Assembly (NCBI GenBank): GCA_000708835.1
Contig: DF237172.1
Location: 1 to 64,000, forward strand
Direction: 5' to 3'
DNA from: Klebsormidium nitens
Taxonomy: Eukaryota > Plantae > Klebsormidiophyceae
DNA length: 64,000 bases
Part shown: one piece after another, positions 35,998-47,900 of the stretch
Layout: the number at the start of each line of letters is the position of its first letter
Position numbering within the stretch: position 1 is the stretch's first letter
Notes under the pieces: model-generated
Databases searched by the model: none
What the model was told of the DNA's origin: nothing
What the model saw: only the letters and a program-made list of their open reading frames with translations
Position numbers and translations under genes: made by a program

Positions 35998-38900
35998 TCA
36001 GAAGAACAATCTAAAGACACTTTCGATCTTAGTGTTGCAGAACGGACATTCCCCTCTCTTTTCCTTGATCAAGGTGCCACAATCGTAGCACAAGCAGTGA
36101 CCGCACGGTATGATCGCCCCGCTCTTGGGGTTGTCGAAGCAGATACAACAACTGTCGCTCTCTTGACCGTCCTGCTTATCGGCTCCGCTACGAGCTTTCG
36201 TTTTCCTCCGTCCTACTGTTTTACCGGATGCGATCGGACTCTCTGTCCGAATCGCCGCCGAGTTGCTCCAAGAATCGGGCCCACTCTCGGTGGTTCCAGA
36301 CCAATCAGAGTTTGCCACGTGGCTTGATCCGGTAGAGTCTGGTGCAGGGGTCGGGCGGTCCCTCTCTGGTTTATATACATTGGAGGCCGCAGCGAATCCC
36401 GGAGGAGCTGCGGTTTTACTAGCACTTTCTACCGGTAGAAGCATCGCCAGTATCGACGGAAGCTCAGGGGAGAGCAAACCGGGCTCAGGCGACCGCTGTG
36501 CGCCTGAACCGATGACGTCCCACAAGCCCCCAGTCATTAGGCGGAGCATGTCTCCATTTACATCAGCGGACACCTCCGCTGACGTCGTAGCCTTCACTCT
36601 GACTGTTGCCGGCTCAGAGCTTTTGGCAGCCGGCTGACCGACTGAAGGAGTCCTGCGTTTTGAGGGGGTGATTGGAACGCCGGTCGGCTTGGGAGAGGCA
36701 GACTGCCCGGTAGGAATCGCAGACTGACCGGTAGGAACGGCAGACTGCCCGGTAGGAGCACCAAACTGCCCAGGAAGAACGGCAGACTGCCCGGTAGGAG
36801 CGGCCGGGGCAAGGGACCTCCCTTGAGCCAGGGGATTGTACGCCAGGGGCTTGCGGGGCGGTTCACTGGTAGCCAGAGGACCCCGAGGGTTACTGTCAGA
36901 TATCGGGTTAGGATTAGGGTTAGGGTTCGCTTGCAGTCGCCCAGACCCCTGGGACAGCGGGTTAGCTGTTGCTCGGGGGCTGGGAAGGATTCCGTCGCCC
37001 GAAGCATTCAAACCCGGAGTATTCACACCCGGCAGCATCACCACAGGAGGAGCAACCGACGGCTTTCCCTCTCGGTTGCTTTTCCTCTTGGCCGTTTCGC
37101 TGCGCGTCTTCTGAGTCTTGGGCGATCCAGCTTTCGCGCGTTGGGACCCGCGGGAGGGGGGGGTGAGGGGCGGAGTTGGAAGCAGGGGCCCAAAGTCGTC
37201 ATGGGTGACGTCAGCACCGGCCGTCGCTCCCCGGGACGCCGCCGGGGGCCCTACGACCGGTAGAATCGGCCGGTAGGGTTTTGGCGCAGCCTGCTGGGTG
37301 TGTTGGCGCCCACTTGCCGCGTTCGGAGACTCTGCAGAAAAGCAAGAGCGGGTGGACGGTTTGAGTTCAATCATGTTTCGCCAGAGAGAACATTTGGTCC
37401 TTACAACCGGTCCTCAAAGTTGCACTCTGACAAACATTCCAAGTGCAACGTTCGCAGTAGAGTAGTTTGAGGACGATTGGCAGATTACCTGATCTATTGT
37501 TTACGTAGTATAGGGGCCGGTAATGGCCCAGCCCTTTTAACATGCGGCTCGGTTTTCTCTTGCACAACACTCTTTGAATGCGAGTCAACTGTAGTAAGCA
37601 CACCACCGAACTGCCGCTCTTCATTCCGCCCTTCATTCTACCTGCTCCACAAACTTCTCACTCAGCGCACGGAACAAGCTAAGACAATCGCTGTTCCGTC
37701 ACCTGATTGTGAAACCGGGTACGGGGAAGAAAGGTAAATAACCGAGACCCAAGACCACAATCCTGATATGATAACGCCGTTCGCCCAAGCTCGGCTGCTT
37801 CAAATACTTCCTGGAAGGTGGTAGAGCTGCAAGTGTCCGCCAAAGAGATCTCGGGCTGCGTGACAACAACATCAGAAATCTGAAAGAACTTCCCAACGGT
37901 CTCAAGGATAAGACCGCCCCATCCTGTCGAACACGACCTGCATTCAGATCTTCGGCACAAAGTTGGCGAATCGGAACGCAGGGTCGACCGAGAAGATCTG
38001 GTTGTTGGGCTTTCCCAATTTGGCTTTGCAAAAACAAGTAACCTTGAGGTGAAAGCCAAAATGAAAAACACAAGAACCGAATCAAAGATGGGATTACCTA
38101 TCGCAGGCACTGAAGCAGCCGTCCGGCTCCGCGACGCCTGTCCGCCAAGCGTTCCGCCTCCGCTACTGGCCGTCGGCCTCTCACCGGCTGCCACATGGCT
38201 CTCCGGACCCGTCCGGACGTCCGACCGGCCTCCGGCGTCCGGCTGGCGGCAGCCGGGCGTTAGGGTTTTGGGCTCGCCCGGCGCAATTGCCGCGAACGCT
38301 CCGGTAGTTGGAGAACGAGGCGAGGTCGAGCCGGGGACATTGACGGAATTCGAAGAGAGTGTGGAGACGACACCCGAAGCGACATCCATCGAAGCAGGAG
38401 CAGCGTCCCCTCGAACCTGCAGAAGGTGCATTGGTTGAACTTTCGAGCTTCGCTTAGCCGGGTTAGCTGATCTGCTTGGACGGCTACGGGCTCTTGTATG
38501 GTGACCTGTCGCTTTGGAGAGCTCTCGACTCTGAGTTTTACAAAGTCGGAGTATTCCAATGTGTCTCCGAACGGCAAAACTTTCAATTCAAACACCGTCG
38601 AGTGGTGAGTAGGGCCCCCAAACTCATCTTTCATCTGTAAAGGAAAGCCACGCTTATCGCCATCCAGCGGGTAAGGTCAAGAAGGAGACCCAGAACTAGT
38701 TTCCGTTTAGTTCTCTAAGGAGGTGAGGCGCAGGTTGTTCTCCGCACCGAGTCGTCCCAATCCAACGTATTCCTTGCGGGAACAAGTGCCACGTGTCGTG
38801 TCCCTAAACCCATTACCATACCAGCGTTTGAGTCGTCAAATAATTATTATTTTTATGGCCTGACGAATTCGCTGGAATACTTCTGGGCGTAACGCTAGGG

Positions 38901-41900
38901 CTGCCGAAACCCGTGAACGTATTATAGTCAATTATCTGGCGTCGAACCTGACGAAATCAAACGCTGGTACGGTATGAAGCCCACCGCAAAAGCTTCACAA
39001 GAAGGAAAATACATATCCAGCTCTCAATTCGACCCACCTCATGCTGACCGCTGATGACGTCAACGGCCTCCGCTGCTCCTCCGCCGACGCTGATGCGCTC
39101 CGGTGGGGCCCGACTGCTGGCGCTTTCTGCGCCCGGCCCAAAGAGTCCCTTCCACCTCCGTCCATTCCGTTGGACCACTCCCCCTCCGGACTTGTCGACT
39201 CCCCCTCCGGATCGGCTGGACGATTCTGACTTCCAGTCAGTCATCTGGTCGCCCGAGTTAACACCCGGTTCATCACCGGGTTGACTACCGGGTTTATCAC
39301 CAGGTTCGGCATAACCGGCTTCTCTTGTTGGAGTTGAACCGGCGCCGTTGTCGGGGGAGGTTGACGTCTCCGGGATAAGCTGATGAGGCGAGCCGACGTC
39401 ATCTCCGCTCGCGTCGACTTTCCCAGCTGCTCCGCTGCTGGCCGGGGCAGGGAGCCCTTCCGCGTTGTCCGTAGACTGACCCTTCTTTTTCTTCTTCTTC
39501 CCTTTCTTGGTGCCCTTTGCGTCAGGTGCAGACTCGGCACTCAACTGCGAATTGAAACAGAAAGGTTTCGAACCGGTGGAAGAAAGAGTCGGAACAGGGT
39601 ATAAGCACGGGAATCGATGCTCAGTAACCTTCCGTGCACGAGAGGCACCCTGCGTTTGTGAAAGACTAGTCCAATTGCAACACAATACTTTTACATTGAT
39701 CTTACTCCACAAGCATTCGCGACTGCGTCCAACAAGTGCCTGATGCTGCAGGTTCTGAAGAAGCTGGACAAAGGGAGTACATCGCACTTTGGTCAAGCAG
39801 CGCTTGTTTGGAACCAAACAAAGGGGAAAAGGAGCGGGAAAAGGAGTGCAAAAGGATCAGAGGACAAAAGGATCACGCAATACTAGGGCACTCGGATAGC
39901 GTTTGTAAACATACCAGTTCTTTCACCCGCAGCATCGAACAAGGTTGTCGAAAGAGTACTCTGTTCCTCATTTCAAAGCCCCTTGTCTCTGCGGCTTGTC
40001 ACTCCTCGACGACCAGTATCAAAAGCAGTCTGCCCCGAGGACTTCTAGCAGAACTCCTTCCGGTGACGTCCCTGGTTGCCCGTGCTTACCAGTTCCGCTG
40101 CCGCTGCTTCCGCTGCCTCCTTGATCTGCCGCGGTATTCCGTCCGGCTCGTCCCGTGCGCCGTGAAGCATGATCCAAAGGTCTTTGGCCAGAGCAATCGC
40201 GGTCTCCTTATCCCCCAAGGCGGATCTCAGAGCCAGATGCAGCTCGGTAGGCCCCCAGTCCCTCTGCAAAATAGAGATATGAAAGTGGGCGTCGGAAACA
40301 TCAAGCACACTTGTGAGACTGAGTCCTGAGGGACGCTAGAGGGAGGCTCGGACAGGCCAACTCTGAGCCGTCCGGTAAATCAACTCGGTGGTAAAAGCAC
40401 CGTTCGATGTCCAGGTGCACTCGCAAGCGCAGACGCCCACTTCGAAGATTGGCTTGGGAGTGCCCAAAGATTACAGGGCTGCATACTACATATTCAACTT
40501 GTAGTATATTGAACTTCGCTGCTATCTAATCACAAAGCGTCCTGCTATAATATGCGGCTCCTAGGGCAAGTCTTGCAAGAGACCCGATGGATTTGACATG
40601 GCTAAGGCTGAAGTTACTGGTGTTGCGTTTCCCATGGTCGGCAGAGAATCCTGTTGATACTGATTGCTTCAAAGAGATCGACCGGTGGTACAAGTGAGGC
40701 CCCCGCGTTTTCCCTTCGGATTTCGGATGACCTTAGCAGGAGTGCATGGCACAAGTATGCGGATGACGCAGGCAGCAAATAGGAAGCTAGGCATAACGGA
40801 CGAAGCGTCCTGAGACCAACAGAGAATGAAACTCAAGAAAAATAATAGTAAGCCCATATAATAGTAAGGTAACCGCACTGTGACGGGTAGGGTTAGTATG
40901 GTGGTTAGGGTGGGTACGGGTGCGGAGCGGGTGTTTCTTTTAAGGTTAGGGTTTTAAGTGTTAGTCGGAGCTTACTATTATCTTGGCTTACTGTTATCTT
41001 TCTTGAGAGTTATCAACAGAGAGAAGCGCAGGCACGATATCAACCACGAGACCACTATGAAACACGTCACCAGGCATTAAAAAAGTGGACACTCGACACA
41101 AGCGATTCATCAAAACCGTGCAAGCAGGGCACTTGGATAACTGCATGTCAGCACCCGAAGCGAACCATGCCCGTTCCAAACCCAATCGAAGCTCCGACCA
41201 GCTTGTCGCCAAAAACCTCATCTTATCAGGCTTGCTCTTCCAAAATAGCAGGTCATGGGCTCACCACGTCTAATGGTTAAGTCAGCGCTGGTGTTCAGGT
41301 TGGTTCTAATTTTGTTCAAACGATATCTCTTTATTTATCACTTTATGTTCAATCTTGCTATATTTCGGGTTAGAGGTTATAACCCAGAAACTGGGCTTGG
41401 TTTCCCGTGCGGCAAAGCAATCGCTCACCTCATCCCAGAGAATCGCCTCAACGCGCCTGACGGCGCCGCTGCTGAGCCCGGCCTCGGGGAACCTCCTCCT
41501 CACCCAAGTCATGATGACGGGGACGTTCACGGATGACGTCAGCTGCCCCCACTTAGGCCCCACGAACGACGCTGCGACTTCGGGGTCTACCCCAGCAAGG
41601 ATGTCTTTTCCGAGCGCGCACGAGACCTGATCCACCACGTTCCCCACAAACTGTTTCACAAAGTCCCGCTGCTGCAGCGCGGCTACTGAGTCGGCCGGCT
41701 TGCTTTCCGCTCGGTCATCCGAGCTCGTCGTTCCGTCGTTCTGTCGTTCCGTCCCGTCGTTCTGAGCCGCCCGTTGCGCACCCTTGTCAGCGAGCAGAGT
41801 CCCCGCGTCCGCTGACGTCACTGGGGTGTGCGGGGCGCTTTTCACCCGGGCACCCGAGTCCTTTGCGCGACTCCCGACGGTCTGAGCTGGCCCTCGCGCA

Positions 41901-44900
41901 ACCTCTGCAGCAGCTGGCGTCTCCGCGTCCGCTGCTGCCGCTGCCTCCTTGATCAGCAGCGGAATTCCGTCCGGCTCGCCCCGTGCGCTGTCTACGACGA
42001 CCAAGAGGTCGGTGGCCAAGCCAGCCCCCTTCGCCCCAAAGGCGGATCGCAGGGCCAGATGTAGCTCGTCAGGCTCCCACTCTCTCTGCGAAGCGAAAGA
42101 ATATTCTTTGTGGATCGACGTGGTTTGACAATCAGTCGCTGCTCGGGCACCGTAACCTCGCACCCGAGAGGTTGCACGGCCAGTCTGCATTTCTTTAGGT
42201 GCGAGCTCTGCGAATTTCGACAATTCACTGTCATCCTCGCTATTGTTGCAACTATCAAACACAACATACTGGGTGCGACTTTGAGGGGCCTGAGCTGAAC
42301 CTAGGAATCCCCTGGTTGGCAAAAGCTTATGAGATCACTCATTGAGGATCAGTATCTAAAAAGCCAAAGACCACGGTTTGCAGTGATGCAGGTAGCAGGC
42401 GAGGAGCTAGGCATCACGCATGCAAATGCATCCAGGGCAGGCAGAAAGCTTAGTCACCGGATAGGGAAAGCCCACAGCATTCGAATCTCCAGAATCTCAT
42501 CACGAGTCAGTTCAATCTCGCAAGCAGCGCCACTCGTTCTTGCGAGCAGGACACTTGCATGCCACAGAGTTAAAGTAAGACCTCAACGTGGCCATTTCTG
42601 ACCAGTATACGAAGCTGCCCACGTTGGTACTCGTAACATAAATTTCAACCCATTGCCACGTGGCAGGCTCACCAGGTCCAAAAGGATCGCCTCCACACGC
42701 TTCGCAGAGCGGCTGCTGAGCCCGGCCTCGGCGACCTTCCGCTTCACCCACGTCATCACTACGGGGACGTTCAGGGATGACGTCAGCGAGCCCCAGGACT
42801 TAGCCCCGGGCTCATCTTGCAATCTCCCCGCAGCTTTCCGAGCGTTTACTTCCCCCAGCGACGCTTCGAGCGCGAGTTTTTGCTCCTCAAGAAGGTCAAA
42901 GATTTCCCCGACCCACGCGTGGTGCTCCTCCGGCGCAGCCGCCTCTGTTCGTCCCCTCTGCGCCAGAGCCATCTCTACGCACGTCGCCGCACTTTTGATC
43001 GCCGCCAAGCTGTCACGCAGGGACTTGCTCTCGGGCGGTTCCGCGAAGCAGCGATAGACCCGGTGCAGAACGTGGGGGAACTTTCGGCCCGAAAAGAAGA
43101 GCGCCTCGCAGTAGAGGCACTTCGCGAACTCCGCTTGCGTCAGCGTGACGGAAATCGCCAGGCGCTCCAGCGCGCTCCGCAGCTCTTCCGGCGAAGCATC
43201 GCGGCCGTCGATCGATCCCATCGCACGGTCTAGCCGCTCCTCCACCGCCCGGTACTGCAGCCGAAGCGCGTGCTCGCGCATTTTGAGCGCCGCCACAGCC
43301 ATGCACCGGATCGTCTCTCCCACGCCGTCGTTCTTGCGCTTTGCAAGCCATTGCCACAGGTCTTTCTGGAAGAAATGCTCGGACGGGCTCCGGAGAAGGT
43401 CAAGCGTGAACTCCCACCACGCCTGTTCGCTACACGCGGCGAGAAGGTACTCGTGCAAGTCCCACGCCCGGCTTACCCTCCGGAAGATCCCGGCCGGACA
43501 CCCGGGCAGGTCCGCAACCCCCGAGCCGGACAGATACTCCAGGTAACGGCTGGTTAACTCGGCCCCGCAGTCCGTCGTGTCTACAACGCAGGCGATGCGA
43601 CCCTCCACGTCATCCACCGTTTCTCTTACGAAGTTACGCCGCCGCAGCGCTTCTACCCTGTCGACTGCCCCGCTTTCCGCTGGGACTTCCGAGCTCGCCG
43701 TTCCGTTGTTCCGTCGTTCCGTTCCGTCGTTCTCGGCTGACTCGTGCACACCCTCGTCAGCGGGCAGCGTCTCCGCATCCGCTGCTTCCGTTGCTGACGT
43801 CACTGGAGTGTGCGGGGCGCTTTCCACCGGGGCAGCCGAGTCCATTGCCTTTCCCCCGTCGTTCTGAGCTGGCCCTTGCGCACCCTCGGCAGCGGGCAGC
43901 GTCTCCAGTTTCGCTGCATCCGTCGCTGACGTCACTGGGGTGTGTGGAGCGCTTTCTGCTGTTCCAGGGGGGGACTCTGCTAAGTCAAGAGCGCCCCCCG
44001 AGCTCCCCTTGACAGGGCCGCTTGCGGCGCCCCTCTCTGCTGCGCAAAGAGCGGCTTTTGCGGAGCCGGATGCGGCCGTTCCAGCTGCGTCGCTAGGCCC
44101 CGTCAATCCACCTCTTCTTCCTTGCTCGGCACCTCCAGCCTCAGACTGGGCCTCGACCTTCCCCCTGCAAACGGAGCAACGGTCGGATAAGAAGTTTCGC
44201 GGTCTTCATTAAAATTGTATGAAGCGGGCCGCCAGCTTAATCTCCCGGCGATGCGCTGGTTTTGCAAGCACCGCAGGCACCGACGAGCCGCCTGCATACA
44301 AATTCCTCGGAGGGCAGAGCTCAAAGGCTCACACACAAAGAGTCGTCTCATAGACTAGCAACAAGGACATCATCATTGGCCTGCCTGAGAGATAGCCCAA
44401 AAATGCCAAACATAGACAGACCAGCCAAGGGCAGAGCCTCGCCAAGCGTTCTCACCTGAGTAGGTCCACTGGAAGTGGATCCGTCCTCGCTTCTTGCGCC
44501 TCCGCTACCACGGCTACCGTCCCTTCTAAGCTAGCAGTGCCTACCGCCTTCCCCCCCCCCTTTGGCTCGCCGCACACTATCCCGTCCTTTGCATCTGCGG
44601 TCGGAAGACCCTTTTCGGAAGGCCGAAGCGCAGGACTTGCCCCCCGATCGTCCCCTTTAAGCCGGGCGTTCCCTTGCGAGATCGCCTCTTGCTCTGGATC
44701 GGACTCGCCAGTGGCCCCCGCACTCCGCTTGACCTCTTCGGAGGACAGACTTGCAGCAAGAAGTCTCGCTGATTTGTCCTTCGGCACGCCCTTCTTCTTC
44801 TTCCGCTTTTTGATGGTCTTCTCGGTTGGCTCCGACTCTGCTCGCAGCTGCAAATCAGAAGGAAAAGCCTTGTTTGGCGGTGTAAACACTGTTGCAGTGC

Positions 44901-47900
44901 CTGACACAATTTTTGTAGCTGGAAATCAACCTGACACAAGAATAACGTCAGCGACCAGATTGTGCGGGGTGGGGGGCGCAAGCCTGCAAGCGTCTGTATG
45001 GAAGAAAAAGACTTCAAAGATGACGGCTTCGACGCATCATGGACAAGTCGGTCTGTGTAGGCAAATGTAAGCTGCCTTCCAAGGTTACAAAATAAGGTAC
45101 ACGATGACTAGGTAAGGTAGCCTTTGACATAATCTGAATGCGACAAGGACAGAGTTGCTGATCCGAGAAGTTATTTCGGTCCCAACCCCAAGAGAACCCC
45201 ACCCAAACAAGGCGACATAGGATATTCTGGCTGCTAACCAGGCTGATTGCCAGAGTGAAGACTCAAAGTATTGGATAAGTGAACGGTACTTAATCTTGCT
45301 ACAAGGCTGGTTACTGCCAAATCTGGCCAGACAACATTTTAAGTTCGTTTTAACCAGCCCATGACCATCAATCGTTAACGGCCAACAATCCCTCCGCGAA
45401 AAGAAGTCAACGCTCACCAGTTCTGCTGCCGCCTGGTCTGCCGCTTCCTTGAGTTGGCGCGGGATACCATCGGCGCTCAGCAGCGCGCTTGCGAGCAGCG
45501 ACCCCAGTTCGTCGGCGACCGCCGCCCGTCTCTCCCCGAGAGCCACCTTCACTTGCAACTCCAGAAGTCGGGGGTCCACCCCCGTCACCTGCGGAAGTAC
45601 AGAGATTGGGCGTGAGTTTTTCCAAAACCCAGCAACAGAAAAGGATTTGAGAATGCACAGAACCTTGTGTGTAAACAATCGGATCCAGCTCTGGAGAACG
45701 GACTCCAAGGGCAGGGACAAGTGAGCTGTTACGGTGGAGGGAACAACCACCGCGTCGAATCAACGCTTTACATTGCAGCGTCTCCAACCCAGCTCTGCTC
45801 TGAAGTCGGCTGGGTGTTCACGTTTGCCTGACGAGGAGGGCTTATCTGCTTTGGAAGTGGCCCTGGTCCGCCAAAGCTTTGCGACTGAAAGAAGCGGCAA
45901 TGTCGAGTTGCTGAAAGCAGGCTCATGACAGAAGGTAGAGCTTCACGCGGTGTACTCGAAAAGTATGAGGAGAGATCGACGTCACATCACGAGCAACCTC
46001 GCTAATAAAGCCGACAGTCTGCACGCAACACCGCTTGAAAGCATGGTGGGGTTTGACACATCACTCGCCCAGTCTGCCGCAACTGTTCTCGAATGCCACC
46101 AAAAACAAATGCCACCAAATGTGCAGAACGACCCGTCGAAGCTTCTTCCAGAAGAGATCTTTGGATTCAGCGACGCACCTGGTCATTAGGACACTCCTTG
46201 CTTGTATGCACGCACCTTCGCTTGTGGTTGAGAGCATGCATTGTAAGCCTTTTCGCTCCAAGATTATCTTGTTCGTCTCTTGATAGGTGGATAAGGAGCT
46301 CCGTGAATCATATACAGAGACTCCAACTCATCGCAGTTGCCACGTGGCGATCCTCAAGCGCTGCCACGTGGCAACCGGCCGCTTACCGCTTTCAAGAGAG
46401 CGCGCTCGAGATACTTCTCCGAGTAATAGTTGTTGCCTCCAGTCTCGCCCAGCTTCCGCCTCGCCCACGTCATGATGACGGGAGCGTTGAAATAGTTGCC
46501 GACGGCCCATCTTGCCTCCCCTTCGGCTTCCCACCCCTTCAACCGTCTCTCCGTGCGGGAATCCAACCCGCTCTCGTCCTTCTCGTTCACAACGTTGGCA
46601 AATTTAAGCTCCTCGATCGCCGTTTGAAGCCCGGACTTCAGGCCTCCCAGAATGTTGTAGTGCGTTTGCAGCCACTCCCGATGCCCCGCCGACACCTTGG
46701 CCAAACGCGCCTCCTTCCCCGGCAAAACGTCGTCCAACCAATACGCGTTCATCACAACCATCTTCATCGTCGGCTCGTCCGTGAACTTGCCGTACACGAA
46801 GCGCAGGACGTCCGCATACTTCCGCCCGCAAAACTCGGTCGTCTCGCAGTAGATGCAGCTCGCAAACTCCTGGGTTGCAGTCGCAGCGGCCAGGGCCAGA
46901 CGCGCAAGCTCTTGCCGTTCTTCCCGCGTAGCCGACGCCCCCGCTCCCGCTAACAAACGCGCCTTTGCCGCCCCGTACTCCGTTGCAAGCGCGTGGGCTC
47001 TCACTCTCAGCGCCGCCAGCGCCATGCCCCGGATCGTCTCCCCGATGACGTCATTCTCCGGTTTCTCGAGCCACGCGCGCATGACCGCAAAGTGCTCCGG
47101 CGGGCTCCGGAGCAGGTCCCACGTGAACAGCCACCAGGCGCGCTCGCTGCAAAACGTGTCCAGGACCTCGCCGACCTGTTGTGACGTCATCCGCCGGAAC
47201 CGGACCGGACACCCGCGCAAATCCGCGACCCCCGTCCCTGTCCTATATTCCACCAGCAAGTTTTTCACCAGCTCCGTACCCTTTCCCCGGGAGATGCGCT
47301 GGATCATCTCTTTTCCCCCAAACGGCAGGATCCAGCTCGTCACATCCTCCAACATCTCCTTCACAAAATTCCGCTGCCGGAGCGACTCGATTCCCACGGT
47401 TCCGTCTGACCCGTCTGCAAGCGTGAGGTACTTCAGACCCAGTGTTTCGCCGTTGCTTCTGCTCCTCACAACCTCGGAAACGACCGCAACAGGAAGCGAT
47501 GGTGAATCTCCCTCCGCGCCGCTCCCTCCAGGCTCCCCTGCCGGCGCCGCCGTAGGTGGATCCGGAGATTCGGAACTTGCCGGCTCCCCCGGGGTGTTGG
47601 TCCTCTCCGTTTCCCCTTCGTCTTTTGTCTGCAGCAAATCGTTAGAGCTCACTTTATATAGAGGAAGTTTGGAAAATAGTCTAGCTGATTGGATGGATGA
47701 AATCGGACGCTGGCCGCCCGCGAAAGCAAGCGTTTTCTTTGTGTACTCGGGTCAACATATCCCTGAACTGTGATCGCAAAAGTCTGAAAATTGACATCGG
47801 TCAGAAGTCAAAAATCCTCGGATCCTCGGAATGAGTAGAGATGGACCCGGCGGCAAAGAGCCATTACTTTCGGAAAGAGGGACGTTCAGGGAACGAGCTC

